IMG/VR virus record: IMGVR_UViG_3300048043_000009
Span: 1 to 40,538 of that record
From: a virus
Taxonomy: Duplodnaviria; Caudoviricetes
DNA: 40,538 bases
Direction: 5' to 3' (one strand)
Translations under genes and position numbers: made by a program
The notes under the pieces: model-generated
What the model was told of the DNA's origin: nothing
Database searches by the model: none
The model's input: the letters and a program-made list of their open reading frames with translations, nothing else
Shown here: positions 1 to 9,136 of the stretch, piece by piece
Numbering within the stretch: the stretch's first letter is position 1
Layout of the letters: each line of letters starts with the position of its first letter

Positions 1-142
1 ATATACTATAACATTAAGTGTTCCGGCATAAGGATTTTCATTATTAAAAGAATTTACTCTTATTACAAAACCAACATTTGATCTAGCTATAATGCTAACG
101 AAATATATGTCAGTATTTACTAGGAAAGGACTATCTAGATTT
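1..142. repeat. Terminal direct repeat (left copy), circular overlap
   Basis: 1-142 matches 40397-40538 except A16 vs C40412. Confidence 0.97.
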
Positions 143-678
143 ACAGAAACCCCATATAAATAACTCGAAAGAGGTTGTGTGAAAACAATTGTCCAGCTTC
201 TTTGTGATCCTGATGTAACGGGTGTGATAGGGAAATTTATATTAAAAGCATTTCCATTAACGGTTCCTGTTGAATTAAAACAAGCAAAAGCTTGAATGCA
301 GGAGATTGGGTAATCAATATACTTCGTTGCGTCTGTTGGATCTGTTCCAATAACATATTTCAATATTGCATGAGGTTCACCTTCCGTTCCTCCGGTATCT
401 GTCGTGGTGTAAAGGATACCTGCCGCTATTTCTCCATTAACTGCGTTTGTTTGAGACGATGGCGTTGATCGGCTAGGCATACTGACTTGATTATGAAAAC
501 CATCTGTGGGAGTCGTAACGTCGTTCCCTGACATTTGGTGATCAACAGCTAGTGTTCCAGCTGGGGTTATACCTGTGTCGCCTGTCAGATCAAGAAGGTA
601 TAAACTATTATTAAGCAGATCAAGCTGTGAGGCATTTCTTTGATCTCCAGAAAGGGGTTTGTTTTGATACTGAACCAT
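1..678 (-). CDS. Tail-associated virion protein, 229 aa, running through the contig junction (absent from the ORF track)
   Basis: ATG at 678, open to position 1 (MVQYQNKPLSGDQRN...TLNVIVY), continues GIF-TAA at 40396-40385; lies between adaptor and nozzle genes; its stop overlaps the nozzle ATG. Confidence 0.85.
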   Translation of the reverse strand, partial: MVQYQNKPLSGDQRNASQLDLLNNSLYLLDLTGDTGITPAGTLAVDHQMSGNDVTTPTDGFHNQVSMPSRSTPSSQTNAVNGEIAAGILYTTTDTGGTEGEPHAILKYVIGTDPTDATKYIDYPISCIQAFACFNSTGTVNGNAFNINFPITPVTSGSQRSWTIVFTQPLSSYLYGVSVNLDSPFLVNTDIYFVSIIARSNVGFVIRVNSFNNENPYAGTLNVIVY

Positions 679-684
679 GAAACC

Positions 685-1821
685 TCAATATATAGGGAAT
701 ATAGGCCAGCCAGCTTGTCCGTTTTGGGCATTTTCTGCATATTTTGTCGGTATGCGCTGATTGGCGAGTTGTTTAAGACATTTTCTTTGAGCTAATCGTT
801 TGTTTTCTTCGAATGGGCCTTTTAATCTTTCGGCTTCGTCGTAGTCACCTTCTTCAATCAGAATCTTAATGGCAGCGCCATACGCTAGGACTTGCCACCA
901 TTCTTGAAAGAGAGGTTGTTGAGTGTCCAATGACTGAGTAAGAGGGGTGAATTGTGAATAAACCCCAGGTGGGGGATTAACTGGATTTGTGCCTGCATTT
1001 GTTAGATTTGAAATGGCGACGCTAGGTTGGACATAAGCAAGTAGTTTTATTCTGTAGGTATCATTAGGTATTGGACGTAAAAAGAGTTGCTGTTGAAAAA
1101 ACATCATATCTCTAGGACGCGAGGGCACATAAGGATGATAGTGACAGCTACTTTTTGTTCCCAATGGAGGGGGAGTTATATAATTCAGGTTGACAACGCC
1201 AGTTAAATAATCAATAGTTCCCGAGCTTCCAAGATTTCCCTTGAGGATTCCTGGATTTACAAATTGCTCTTCTAATGGCTGATCTAGTAAACAAGGGGTA
1301 TCTTGATCAGTAAAAGTTTCCAATTTAGGACTATTTGGAGATCCATCAATGTTTGGCTTTAAACCAATCGAGACTGTTCCTTGTTGAATTGGAGTTTGTG
1401 TAAGATTGAAAACAAAAGGATCGGCAGAAGTGCCGCTACTTCCATCTGGAGTAAATAAATTGCGATCAATGAAGTTAAACTCTGGCCAAATGCGGTAAAA
1501 GCTTTCAGGATATTGATGCCAGGAACACTGATAGCCATCGACATAAACAGGATCATAAATTTGATAGATATTATTAGGTACGTTGTATGTCCCGACATTT
1601 GGCAAAGCTGTGAATTCGAAGAAATCTCTAAGCTTAAGGGTGCGTAAATGCTCTGGAAAATCCAAAAGGTAAAAGTCATTGATGTAATCAATAATGCCTG
1701 ATGGATTAGAAACACTCACATTTCTGTCATCGCCAGCTTGATCAGGCATTTGGTCAAGATCAAATCTTCCAGCCAGCTTTCTTACAGTGTAGATTAGCCT
1801 AGAGAGATTCCAAACAGTCAT
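685..1821 (-). CDS. Head-tail adaptor / tail tubular protein A-like
   Basis: Adaptor-like motifs (LRPIPNDTYRIK, WWQVLAYGAA); position after the capsid genes. Confidence 0.65.
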   Translation of the reverse strand: MTVWNLSRLIYTVRKLAGRFDLDQMPDQAGDDRNVSVSNPSGIIDYINDFYLLDFPEHLRTLKLRDFFEFTALPNVGTYNVPNNIYQIYDPVYVDGYQCSWHQYPESFYRIWPEFNFIDRNLFTPDGSSGTSADPFVFNLTQTPIQQGTVSIGLKPNIDGSPNSPKLETFTDQDTPCLLDQPLEEQFVNPGILKGNLGSSGTIDYLTGVVNLNYITPPPLGTKSSCHYHPYVPSRPRDMMFFQQQLFLRPIPNDTYRIKLLAYVQPSVAISNLTNAGTNPVNPPPGVYSQFTPLTQSLDTQQPLFQEWWQVLAYGAAIKILIEEGDYDEAERLKGPFEENKRLAQRKCLKQLANQRIPTKYAENAQNGQAGWPIFPIY

Positions 1822-2201
1822 CAGAATTCCGCCATGAATTTATATCTGCATTTTATCTTAGAACCTTTGAGTGGTCTTCCTTCTTCATCTATAAGATGGC
1901 TATGGATTTCATATCCAATGCGCTCATTTATCATACGGGCTACACTTAAAGGAATAGTCGCGCGCTCGCCATCTTCAAAGGTTCTGCAAAAGTAGGGCAT
2001 TCCCTTGTAAAGCCGAGCACAAACTTTAGCTGTCTGACCTGGATATTCTACGTTTACGAAAACGCCAGTGACTTTCTTGTCTGTCTCGGGTGTAAGAGAT
2101 TCAATGGATTCTTTGTTAACCGCTGTATGACTAATCATTGCATGGATTAGGGGAATCCGCAGGTTTTGAGAACTAATATCTGATGGTTTTTGTACTTTCA
2201 T
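1821..2201 (-). CDS. Hypothetical protein in structural operon
   Basis: AGGA RBS; stop overlaps adaptor start. Confidence 0.75.
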   Translation of the reverse strand: MKVQKPSDISSQNLRIPLIHAMISHTAVNKESIESLTPETDKKVTGVFVNVEYPGQTAKVCARLYKGMPYFCRTFEDGERATIPLSVARMINERIGYEIHSHLIDEEGRPLKGSKIKCRYKFMAEF

Positions 2202-2208
2202 GTTTTCC

Positions 2209-2616
2209 TTAAAAAGGTATTTCTACGGTTGAATTGTTATAAACTTGGTCATCTAGTAAATATTCGCATTCGTTATTTAGTGTTTGCCTAACGGTTCCAA
2301 AAACTGGCGTGGGTCCAGCCCCAACGGCAACGATTTGCGGCGTATTCTTCTGCGCTGCATTTACGTAGGTATCAAAAAAAGTGCTGTCAACATTCACTGC
2401 CACTGGAACTTGCGTATATTGCAAGCTGACACTGGTAGAACTAAGCACTGAAACACTGTAAATTTGGTTATTCATTTGCTGCATTCCATACAAATAAGGA
2501 ATCCTCATCCTTGCCACCATCCCAGTCTGAAAATTATGGTCAGTGGTCGTCGTCACCACGGCGGGATTGGCATTCGTTATGTTTGATACGTAGTAAAATG
2601 AGGGAACAAATGTCAT
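2209..2616 (-). CDS. Virion protein with E1-FCCH-like beta domain
   Basis: ITNANPAVVTTTTDHNFQTG motif; paralogous to the C-terminal half of 2685-3752. Confidence 0.7.
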   Translation of the reverse strand: MTFVPSFYYVSNITNANPAVVTTTTDHNFQTGMVARMRIPYLYGMQQMNNQIYSVSVLSSTSVSLQYTQVPVAVNVDSTFFDTYVNAAQKNTPQIVAVGAGPTPVFGTVRQTLNNECEYLLDDQVYNNSTVEIPF

Positions 2617-2644
2617 AAAATCCGGTGTAAAGCTGTTTTACATT

Positions 2645-2664
2645 TGGGGGGACTTTCACCCCCA
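2645..2664 (-). terminator. GC hairpin after the decoration-protein gene
   Basis: GGGGG/CCCCC stem in the intergenic gap; weak U-tract. Confidence 0.35.
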
Positions 2665-2684
2665 CTGTGAACTTTTTTAAGGTT

Positions 2685-3752
2685 CTATACGTCGGCGCGC
2701 CAAGCGGTCCAGGCAATAACATCGCCAGGATTTACACCTATGATGCCGTTGGTCGTCTGCGCTAGCAAACCTGTTCCCACTGTGAAACCTTGGAATTGGA
2801 CGTTTGTGGTCGCATCCAATAAAGTGTCATAGTTATAGATAGGAGGTGTGAGCGTAGGAGTAGGACCAGAACCTATAGGAACAACCTGTGCAGGCGTAAA
2901 TGGCAGAGAAGCCACTGTTGGCCAAGCAAAGGCAGTAAATGCTGTAGAATCAATCCCTGGATTGTTAGAAAGAGGAACAATCCCAAAGGTCATGGTTGTT
3001 GCCGTAACAGCCGTAATCAGACCTTGTAGGTTATTTGCTTGAACCATGCCCAAAGCAGCAGGAACTCGCAAACGAACTACTTGACCAACCGTCAAACCAT
3101 GGGCAGTGGCGGTCGTAACCACCATTGGGTTAGCCTGGGTAATTCCAGTGATAACCGTACTTTGTGGGTAATACAAAGGACCAACGATTATTCTACGCCA
3201 TGAAGTGACGGTCGTAGCGGTAAACATTGCGCCAGTTGTATCAATTGGGATAGTCACAGTATCAACACCAGTCACCGTAACAGTGAAAGGAATACCAGCA
3301 AGCTGGCTCATGGCAGTGGTAGCCGTTAGGGGCTCCATGATCATGATCTGATCACCGGTTTGCAGGCCGTGAGCTACGGATGTCAATTGAGCTGGATTTG
3401 CTTTAGATAATACGCCACCTGTTACAAGAGGGCCGTACTTAACGCTCTTTGTCCCATCATACAGGGTAATACCTGGAGGAGGGGGTAGAGTTGATGGAAC
3501 GGCATTGATCTGGAATGGAAGCAGTGATGTTCCAGCAGCATTTAGCCTGTACCCATTGGTATTTGTTGGGCTTGTGAAATCCCAAAATGCGGATTGCAAG
3601 GCAAAGAAACCTGTGCCTAAATTACCAAAAAGAGTTTCATCGATAAGTTGTACTTTCGTGGGTAGAAATCCGCAATTTACGTCTACTCTGGCTGGTAATA
3701 CAGCTGGAACAATGAATTGTCCTTGAATCATGAAATGTTCTGCGTATGGCAT
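2685..3752 (-). CDS. Capsid decoration / virion surface protein with two FCCH-like domains
   Basis: LSKANPAQLTSVAHGLQTGD and ITQANPMVVTTATAHGLTVG; directly after MCP with AGGAGA RBS. Confidence 0.7.
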   Translation of the reverse strand: MPYAEHFMIQGQFIVPAVLPARVDVNCGFLPTKVQLIDETLFGNLGTGFFALQSAFWDFTSPTNTNGYRLNAAGTSLLPFQINAVPSTLPPPPGITLYDGTKSVKYGPLVTGGVLSKANPAQLTSVAHGLQTGDQIMIMEPLTATTAMSQLAGIPFTVTVTGVDTVTIPIDTTGAMFTATTVTSWRRIIVGPLYYPQSTVITGITQANPMVVTTATAHGLTVGQVVRLRVPAALGMVQANNLQGLITAVTATTMTFGIVPLSNNPGIDSTAFTAFAWPTVASLPFTPAQVVPIGSGPTPTLTPPIYNYDTLLDATTNVQFQGFTVGTGLLAQTTNGIIGVNPGDVIAWTAWRADV

Positions 3753-3763
3753 AAATTATCTCC

Positions 3764-4714
3764 TTATGAGTGCGTTGCGCGCAGGTTGAATATCCAAGCG
3801 TCGTTTAGAATCCTAGGCACTTGAGAGAACTTATAGGCACCAAGTTGCAGTCTACGTAATGGGTCAGTTGGCCCACCGGGCGGAGTGTAAATAAAGCTTG
3901 CTGTGGCCGAAGTTAATTCGATCATGGCATAAGCTTCCTGAGCGGTTACGAAGCAGTTATAAACTGTATTTCCGTTCAAAGATGCATTCAGAGTTGTAGA
4001 ACCTTTAGAGCTGTAAAGCCATCTAACGTTCGATACAGAACCCCATTCAGCATTCAATACGTTCATATTGCTAGGATATTGTGCTTGTGAAATAAACCCA
4101 GTTACTGCTTCTAAATCGTCTAGAATACCTGTATTCATCATAGCCCAGAAAGCTTCACGAACTGGAGCTGTACCGAACTTCAAAGTACCTTCGATATTAT
4201 CACTAATCATCATCGCATCATTACCTAACAATGCAAGAATAACAGCATCAATATCAGATCTACTTAATTCAGTTGGATTATCGCCGTTAACTCCACCAAC
4301 GCAATTAATAACAGAAGCTGTAGATGCAAGCATGTTTCTCAACAGTTCATCTTCGGTTTCTCTCATTGATTGAGCTAATAAGGAAACAGTTTGATTTAAT
4401 ACTGGATCTTGATTCAAAAACATAACCTGATCGGTTATTGTTACGTAAGTTCCATAAAAATCTAGTCTCGCGTCGATGTCGACAGCGGATAAAACTTGCC
4501 CTGGGGGTGTCAATCCAGAATCTGGAAGTGGCACTGTAGCGGTCGCAAGGTTTGTATACCTGCGATAACGAGCAATCCGACCTGAGTTAGAAGGAAGCTC
4601 TTTTTTCATAGCCATCTGCTTGTGGATCAGCTTAGGCATAGGGCGAGATAACAAAACGTTATCGAACCACTGTTGCACTGGCTGAGGTAAAGCGTTGGTT
4701 CCGGTAATAGTCAT
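3764..4714 (-). CDS. Major capsid protein (N4-gp56 family)
   Basis: LLSRPMPKLIH, RYRRYTNL, YGTYVTITDQV, EWGSVSNVRW, DPLRR motifs; 316 aa; follows scaffold. Confidence 0.9.
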   Translation of the reverse strand: MTITGTNALPQPVQQWFDNVLLSRPMPKLIHKQMAMKKELPSNSGRIARYRRYTNLATATVPLPDSGLTPPGQVLSAVDIDARLDFYGTYVTITDQVMFLNQDPVLNQTVSLLAQSMRETEDELLRNMLASTASVINCVGGVNGDNPTELSRSDIDAVILALLGNDAMMISDNIEGTLKFGTAPVREAFWAMMNTGILDDLEAVTGFISQAQYPSNMNVLNAEWGSVSNVRWLYSSKGSTTLNASLNGNTVYNCFVTAQEAYAMIELTSATASFIYTPPGGPTDPLRRLQLGAYKFSQVPRILNDAWIFNLRATHS

Positions 4715-4726
4715 TTAATTTCTCTT

Positions 4727-5410
4727 TTAAGCACCTCTAGCATACTTCTGTGACTCTGCCCAAACATCTGCCTTAGACATATTAGAGAACTTATCCGCTT
4801 GACCTTTGAGTGAACTAGAAGCAGCATTAGCGCTAAGGGGCCTAGAAGTGTTTTTTAAGATCTTCTCGGCTTTAGGACTTGTTTCTTTCTTCATAATTCC
4901 CTCCTCATAGTCATCGGACATTTTTCCTAATCTATAAGCTGTCTCAGCTGGATTCTTTGAGTTCTGTATCTTGTGTGCTAAAGCTGGATCGTTTTTAATA
5001 AGAGGCAGTGCGTAGTTTTCTAGAACATAGTCGTAGTCTTCATGCTTCGCCCTCATGCGTGCCTCGTCTGTGGCTACGGCTTGAGTTTGACTGTATTCCT
5101 GCATCATTCGCTTAGCCGCTTCCATAGCTTTCTTTTCAGCCATCTTCTCGGCCATTTTGCGCGCTTGGAATACAGTTACTGCATCATTAGGGTCTAGATC
5201 GTCGAACTCATCCCTCTCTTCAACTGGGGCTTTAACCTGGTTGTTTTGATGGAGTTGTTCTAGCTCCTGGATACGCTTCTTTTGCATTTCCATGACTTGA
5301 TTGGCGTAATGCCAATTCTTATCAGCTTCTTTAGGTGCAGCCTCTTTGGGCTGTTCCATAACTTCTTGTTCTAGAACTTCTTCCTGGATCTCTTGTGTTT
5401 CTTCTGTCAT
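4727..5410 (-). CDS. Capsid scaffolding protein
   Basis: Acidic, coiled-coil-like, immediately upstream of MCP. Confidence 0.75.
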   Translation of the reverse strand: MTEETQEIQEEVLEQEVMEQPKEAAPKEADKNWHYANQVMEMQKKRIQELEQLHQNNQVKAPVEERDEFDDLDPNDAVTVFQARKMAEKMAEKKAMEAAKRMMQEYSQTQAVATDEARMRAKHEDYDYVLENYALPLIKNDPALAHKIQNSKNPAETAYRLGKMSDDYEEGIMKKETSPKAEKILKNTSRPLSANAASSSLKGQADKFSNMSKADVWAESQKYARGA

Positions 5411-5476
5411 ATACTCCGTTTATAGCCCATAGGTTGGCTTCACCATGTTTATAGTCCGTGTGCCGACTTCGCAAAC

Positions 5477-5495
5477 CAAGTAAAGTATTTACTTG
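5477..5495. promoter_or_regulatory. Palindromic operator-like site AGTAAA-N3-TTTACT (copy 1)
   Basis: CAAGTAAA-GTA-TTTACTTG upstream of scaffold/MCP; core repeated at 6160 and 33360. Confidence 0.6.
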
Positions 5496-5515
5496 ATAGT
5501 CAAAGCAAATTTTTT

Positions 5516-5917
5516 TTATCTGAGAAGGCTATCATAATGATAGGTGATCCCAGATGCCTGAATGGACGCGATAGTTTCCGGAACAGGTTCGTTTGCTCCT
5601 CCTACTGCCCAAGTGGGCCAGTCTCCAGGCAAAGCCCATTCCAAAGTCAATTCGCCCTTCTTGTTATCCACGCCAAACAACATGCAAGAAAGTTGCATAT
5701 GAGGCTTAGTGGGTATTCCCTTGATAATCTTTATCTTTATTCGCCCTGAGTGGTCCGGATAAGGCTTTGCATGCACCAAGATATAATACTTATAATCCAA
5801 AGATTTGAGTTCATTTACGATCCCTTCAATATCCTTAGACATGAGTGTCTTAGTTATAGCTTGACGCGTTTCGCCGAGTTCTTGACCACTTGTGGCATAA
5901 GGTAAATCTAAAATCAT
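5516..5917 (-). CDS. Hypothetical protein
   Basis: 133 aa, coupled to the upstream gene by ATGA overlap. Confidence 0.75.
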   Translation of the reverse strand: MILDLPYATSGQELGETRQAITKTLMSKDIEGIVNELKSLDYKYYILVHAKPYPDHSGRIKIKIIKGIPTKPHMQLSCMLFGVDNKKGELTLEWALPGDWPTWAVGGANEPVPETIASIQASGITYHYDSLLR

Positions 5918-6141
5918 GCTACCTTGCTAAATTTGGATCTGTAGAGCTTCTTAGAATCTTCTTTGACAAACTTATTTTGATTCTCAAAATAACGATTACC
6001 ACGTTCATGATCATCTGGATATACACCACGAGGAGAAAACTTCTCGTTGTCGGAAATGTATCCTTTATCAAATGTGTGAGCACCCTCGTGCATTTGTGGC
6101 CCTTTATCTGGATCACCATGCACACCTTTTGCACCTTTCAT
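5914..6141 (-). CDS. Small basic hypothetical (possible virion core protein)
   Basis: GGAGG RBS, 75 aa, hydrophilic. Confidence 0.7.
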   Translation of the reverse strand: MKGAKGVHGDPDKGPQMHEGAHTFDKGYISDNEKFSPRGVYPDDHERGNRYFENQNKFVKEDSKKLYRSKFSKVA

Positions 6142-6159
6142 ATTCCCTCCTGGAATGTT

Positions 6160-6174
6160 AGTAAATATTTTACT
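6160..6174. promoter_or_regulatory. Palindromic operator-like site (copy 2)
   Basis: AGTAAA-TAT-TTTACT just upstream of the 6141 start. Confidence 0.55.
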
Positions 6175-6267
6175 TTACATTATCTGAGTGCGACGAAGTT
6201 GTCATTAAAATAATTTCTGTAGTTGTGGGAAATCTTAGGCTTGCTTATCTTTTGATAACTTGACTTT

Positions 6268-6358
6268 GCATCCTTAGCTCAAAAGTAGAGCGCATCTGGG
6301 CCGTTTATTCCAATTTTTGGTTTAGGTGAGGATGATGGTGCAAGTCCATCAGGATGCT
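6268..6358 (+). ncRNA. tRNA-like RNA with extended anticodon arm
   Basis: Acceptor GCATCCT/AGGATGC, D arm GCTC/GAGC, T arm GATGG-TGCAAGT-CCATC; anticodon arm is 10 bp (several G-U) with a 16-nt loop; no encoded CCA. Confidence 0.8.
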
Positions 6359-6432
6359 TTAGGGGAAGTGAACCAAAACAGCTTTTGCAAGTAGTTACTT
6401 GCCCCCTTGTTCTATTCCCTTGAAGGAATCTT

Positions 6433-7080
6433 ATGATTGTTGACTGTATATCTGACTTACACGGCTACTATCCAAAACTTGAAGGTGGGGATCTTCTGAT
6501 TGTGGCAGGGGATTTGACGGCTAGAGATCATGAATATGAATACAGAGAAGTTTACGAGTGGTTTTGGATGCAAAATTATGCAGGAATAGTCTTCATTGGT
6601 GGAAATCACGATAATAATATCGGGACAATAACTAAACAAGGACCTCAAAGCATTCAATATTTATGCGATTCAGGTACAGAATTCCTAGGACTGAAGATCT
6701 GGGGATCACCTTGGACTAAGACATTCAAAGGCATGAATCCGCATTGTAAAGCCTTCACTATGGAAGATGATTGCCAGATAGGAGAGAAATTCAAACTCAT
6801 TCCAGACGATACAGATATATTGATTACACACTCTCCCCCTTTGGGCATATTAGATGTTGTACAACGTTGGCCAGACATGAAAATGGAAAACTGCGGAAGT
6901 GGACATTTGCGTACTCATGTAGAAAGAATAAAACCTAAATTGCACGTATTTGGTCATATTCATGAAGGTTATGGCAAACTTCTCCTTAAACACCAAGGTC
7001 CCAATACATGGTGTGTGAATGCTAGCCATGTCAATGAGGTTTACGATCCCATAAATAAGCCTATAAGGATAATCTTATGA
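6433..7080 (+). CDS. Calcineurin-like metallophosphoesterase
   Basis: SDLHG, AGD, GNHD, THSPP, FGHIHE motifs. Confidence 0.93.
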   Translation: MIVDCISDLHGYYPKLEGGDLLIVAGDLTARDHEYEYREVYEWFWMQNYAGIVFIGGNHDNNIGTITKQGPQSIQYLCDSGTEFLGLKIWGSPWTKTFKGMNPHCKAFTMEDDCQIGEKFKLIPDDTDILITHSPPLGILDVVQRWPDMKMENCGSGHLRTHVERIKPKLHVFGHIHEGYGKLLLKHQGPNTWCVNASHVNEVYDPINKPIRIIL

Positions 7081-8045
7081 ATGAAGGTCTAGCTTACATA
7101 GGAAAAATCATATCTCTTGAAGATGTTCCAGATTCTGATTTTATCTCATGCGCTACGGTGGTTTGTGGAAAAGGTGGTAAGTGGAGGGGAGTAGTTAAAC
7201 GCGGAACTCTTTATGTTGGTGGTCGATGTAGGATTTATCTTCCAGACAGTCTTTTAGTTCCTTCTGAAGAATTTCTGTTCATGGATAAGCATAGGTATCG
7301 CGTGCGCATGTGTAAGTTTCGTGATTGCCCTTCCGAAGTACTCATAATGCCCATGAAGATAGAATACATTTCTTGCCCTGTAGGGGAAGATATTACTTCG
7401 TTAGAGGGTGTAAAAAAGTACTTCAAACAAATACCTTTAGATATGCAAGGTGAGATTTATGGAGAATTTCCTCAATTCATACCTAAAACGGATGAACCGA
7501 ATTATCAGACTGTGCCTGATGTTGTTGAAAGTCTGGTTGGCAAGCCTTATTACATCAGTCAGAAGATGGATGGCACGTCATCTACAGCATATAGATACAA
7601 GGGTCATTTTGGGGTGTGTTCGCGCAATTGGGAACTGAAACGTGATGAAAATAATGCATTATGGAAGATAGCTATAGATCATGATTTAGAGAATAAATTG
7701 CCCGAAGGTTATGCTATCCAATGGGAAACCTGTGGTCCTAAAATTCAAAGTAACATGGCTGGATTGAAGGAAATTGAAGGATTTGCGTTCAATATTTATG
7801 ATATAGAGAAACAAGAAAGGCTGTATTTTAGTGATTTTAACGATTTCACAGATAAACTTATGTTTCCTATATGTAGGATTTCAGGCATGGGAGAGGCGTT
7901 TAATGAAGAAATGATGCATATGCATGCCGAGAGACTTACATATGATAATGGACAACCTCATGAGGGTGTAGTTGTGCGCAGTCAAGATCTTATCAATGGA
8001 CAACACATAAGTTTCAAGTGCATAAACCTTAACTACGAGAATTGA
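7077..8045 (+). CDS. ATP-dependent RNA ligase, DRB0094-like
   Basis: Motif I KMDGTS, GVCSRN, WETCGPKIQSN, FNIYD, EGVVVR, SFKCIN; N-terminal OB/tRNA-binding-like module (LAYIGKI...LPDSLL). Confidence 0.9.
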   Translation: MNEGLAYIGKIISLEDVPDSDFISCATVVCGKGGKWRGVVKRGTLYVGGRCRIYLPDSLLVPSEEFLFMDKHRYRVRMCKFRDCPSEVLIMPMKIEYISCPVGEDITSLEGVKKYFKQIPLDMQGEIYGEFPQFIPKTDEPNYQTVPDVVESLVGKPYYISQKMDGTSSTAYRYKGHFGVCSRNWELKRDENNALWKIAIDHDLENKLPEGYAIQWETCGPKIQSNMAGLKEIEGFAFNIYDIEKQERLYFSDFNDFTDKLMFPICRISGMGEAFNEEMMHMHAERLTYDNGQPHEGVVVRSQDLINGQHISFKCINLNYEN

Positions 8046-8046
8046 T

Positions 8047-8265
8047 ATGCCATGTAGATGTTGTGGAGCAGAAGGGCCAGCAAAGGGATTTAAAACAAAT
8101 GAATCACAAGATCCTGCGGATGTGCTAATAAATCATCATTTGGCTTTATCTGCGTATCTTGTAAAAAAACAATATCAAGAACCTCTATACGATCAAGAAG
8201 CATGGTTTAAAGAATGGGAAAAAGCATTTTCACATCATTTGAGAGGTTGCGATGAGAGGTCTTGA
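8047..8265 (+). CDS. Small Cys-containing hypothetical
   Basis: CRCC N-terminus; tightly packed in operon. Confidence 0.65.
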   Translation: MPCRCCGAEGPAKGFKTNESQDPADVLINHHLALSAYLVKKQYQEPLYDQEAWFKEWEKAFSHHLRGCDERS

Positions 8266-8578
8266 ATGGTTCAAAACATCAGATAAACTTCCACCGTATG
8301 ATCTTAAAGTACTTGGATGGATTGCCTGTGAAGCATGCCGTAAGAAAGAAAACCATGCTCATCCAGCGGTTTGGCATGAATGGTCGCAATGTGATTTTTA
8401 TCCTGTCACCCTTAAAGAATTTAGTTGGGAAAACATGAGTTGGGAAAAATCCGAAACAGGGATATGTTTCAAGCCAAAAGAACCTATAGAGGTTAAGAAA
8501 GACAATTGGCGACCTTATCCAAGTCCATCCTATTGGGCGTATATTAATCCACCTAATTTTGAGCAAGATGATGAATGA
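8252..8578 (+). CDS. DUF551-like hypothetical
   Basis: W-x4-D-K-L-P start and SYWAYINPP end resemble DUF551. Confidence 0.55.
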   Translation: MRGLEWFKTSDKLPPYDLKVLGWIACEACRKKENHAHPAVWHEWSQCDFYPVTLKEFSWENMSWEKSETGICFKPKEPIEVKKDNWRPYPSPSYWAYINPPNFEQDDE

Positions 8579-8774
8579 AAATACGGTAAATAACCCCTCA
8601 CACTATCAAGGAAAGTCCCTTGAGGTTATAGACGTTATATCAGATTTTAATTTGAATTTCTGTCTAGGCAATGCAGTAAAATATATTCTTCGTGCTGGAA
8701 AGAAACAAAACCGTGATGAAGATCTCAAGAAAGCTTTGTGGTATATTCAAAGGGAGATAGAAAATGGATTTTAA
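8559..8774 (+). CDS. DUF3310 family protein
   Basis: VNNPSHY, FCLGNAVKY, EDLKKALWY; true start probably 8568 or 8571. Confidence 0.88.
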   Translation: MSKMMNENTVNNPSHYQGKSLEVIDVISDFNLNFCLGNAVKYILRAGKKQNRDEDLKKALWYIQREIENGF

Positions 8775-8874
8775 TTTTAGACCTCCAAGTTGTCTTGCTA
8801 GAGCACAATGGGCACGTAATGAAGAATGTAAGATGCGATCAAAGCATTTAGAAAGGCTTGAAAACAAGGAATAG
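8764..8874 (+). CDS. 36-aa hypothetical
   Basis: ATG after GGGAG RBS (MDFNFRPPSC...). Confidence 0.4.
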   Translation: MDFNFRPPSCLARAQWARNEECKMRSKHLERLENKE

Positions 8875-8926
8875 GTTGAGAAAATACTAAAAGATGTTAA
8901 GGAAAGTCCCTTAAGGGAGATAGAAA

Positions 8927-9091
8927 ATGGAATGTAATTTTTGTGTCGTTCCTGGGTGCTCTGGAGTAGATTGTGAATTAAAAAAAGAGCAAAATGATAT
9001 TTCAGATGCATTCAATAAATATCTTCAGAATCTCCTAAAAGAAATACTTGATGAGTCTCCGATACGTTTGAGACAGACAAGAAATTTTTGA
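8927..9091 (+). CDS. 54-aa Cys-rich hypothetical
   Basis: Same RBS/start context as 8764; MECNFCVVPGC... Confidence 0.5.
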   Translation: MECNFCVVPGCSGVDCELKKEQNDISDAFNKYLQNLLKEILDESPIRLRQTRNF

Positions 9092-9136
9092 ATGATACAT
9101 AACAGCTATTATCAGACGTAGTAAATCAAGGACATC

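Noticed and set aside
3752-3775. Frameshift or readthrough fusing MCP to the next gene
   Set aside because: Clean TAA followed by an AGGAGA RBS and ATG; no slippery site seen
6293-6328. Canonical tRNA intron
   Set aside because: No bulge-helix-bulge, too short for a group I intron, and excision would not give a normal 7-nt loop
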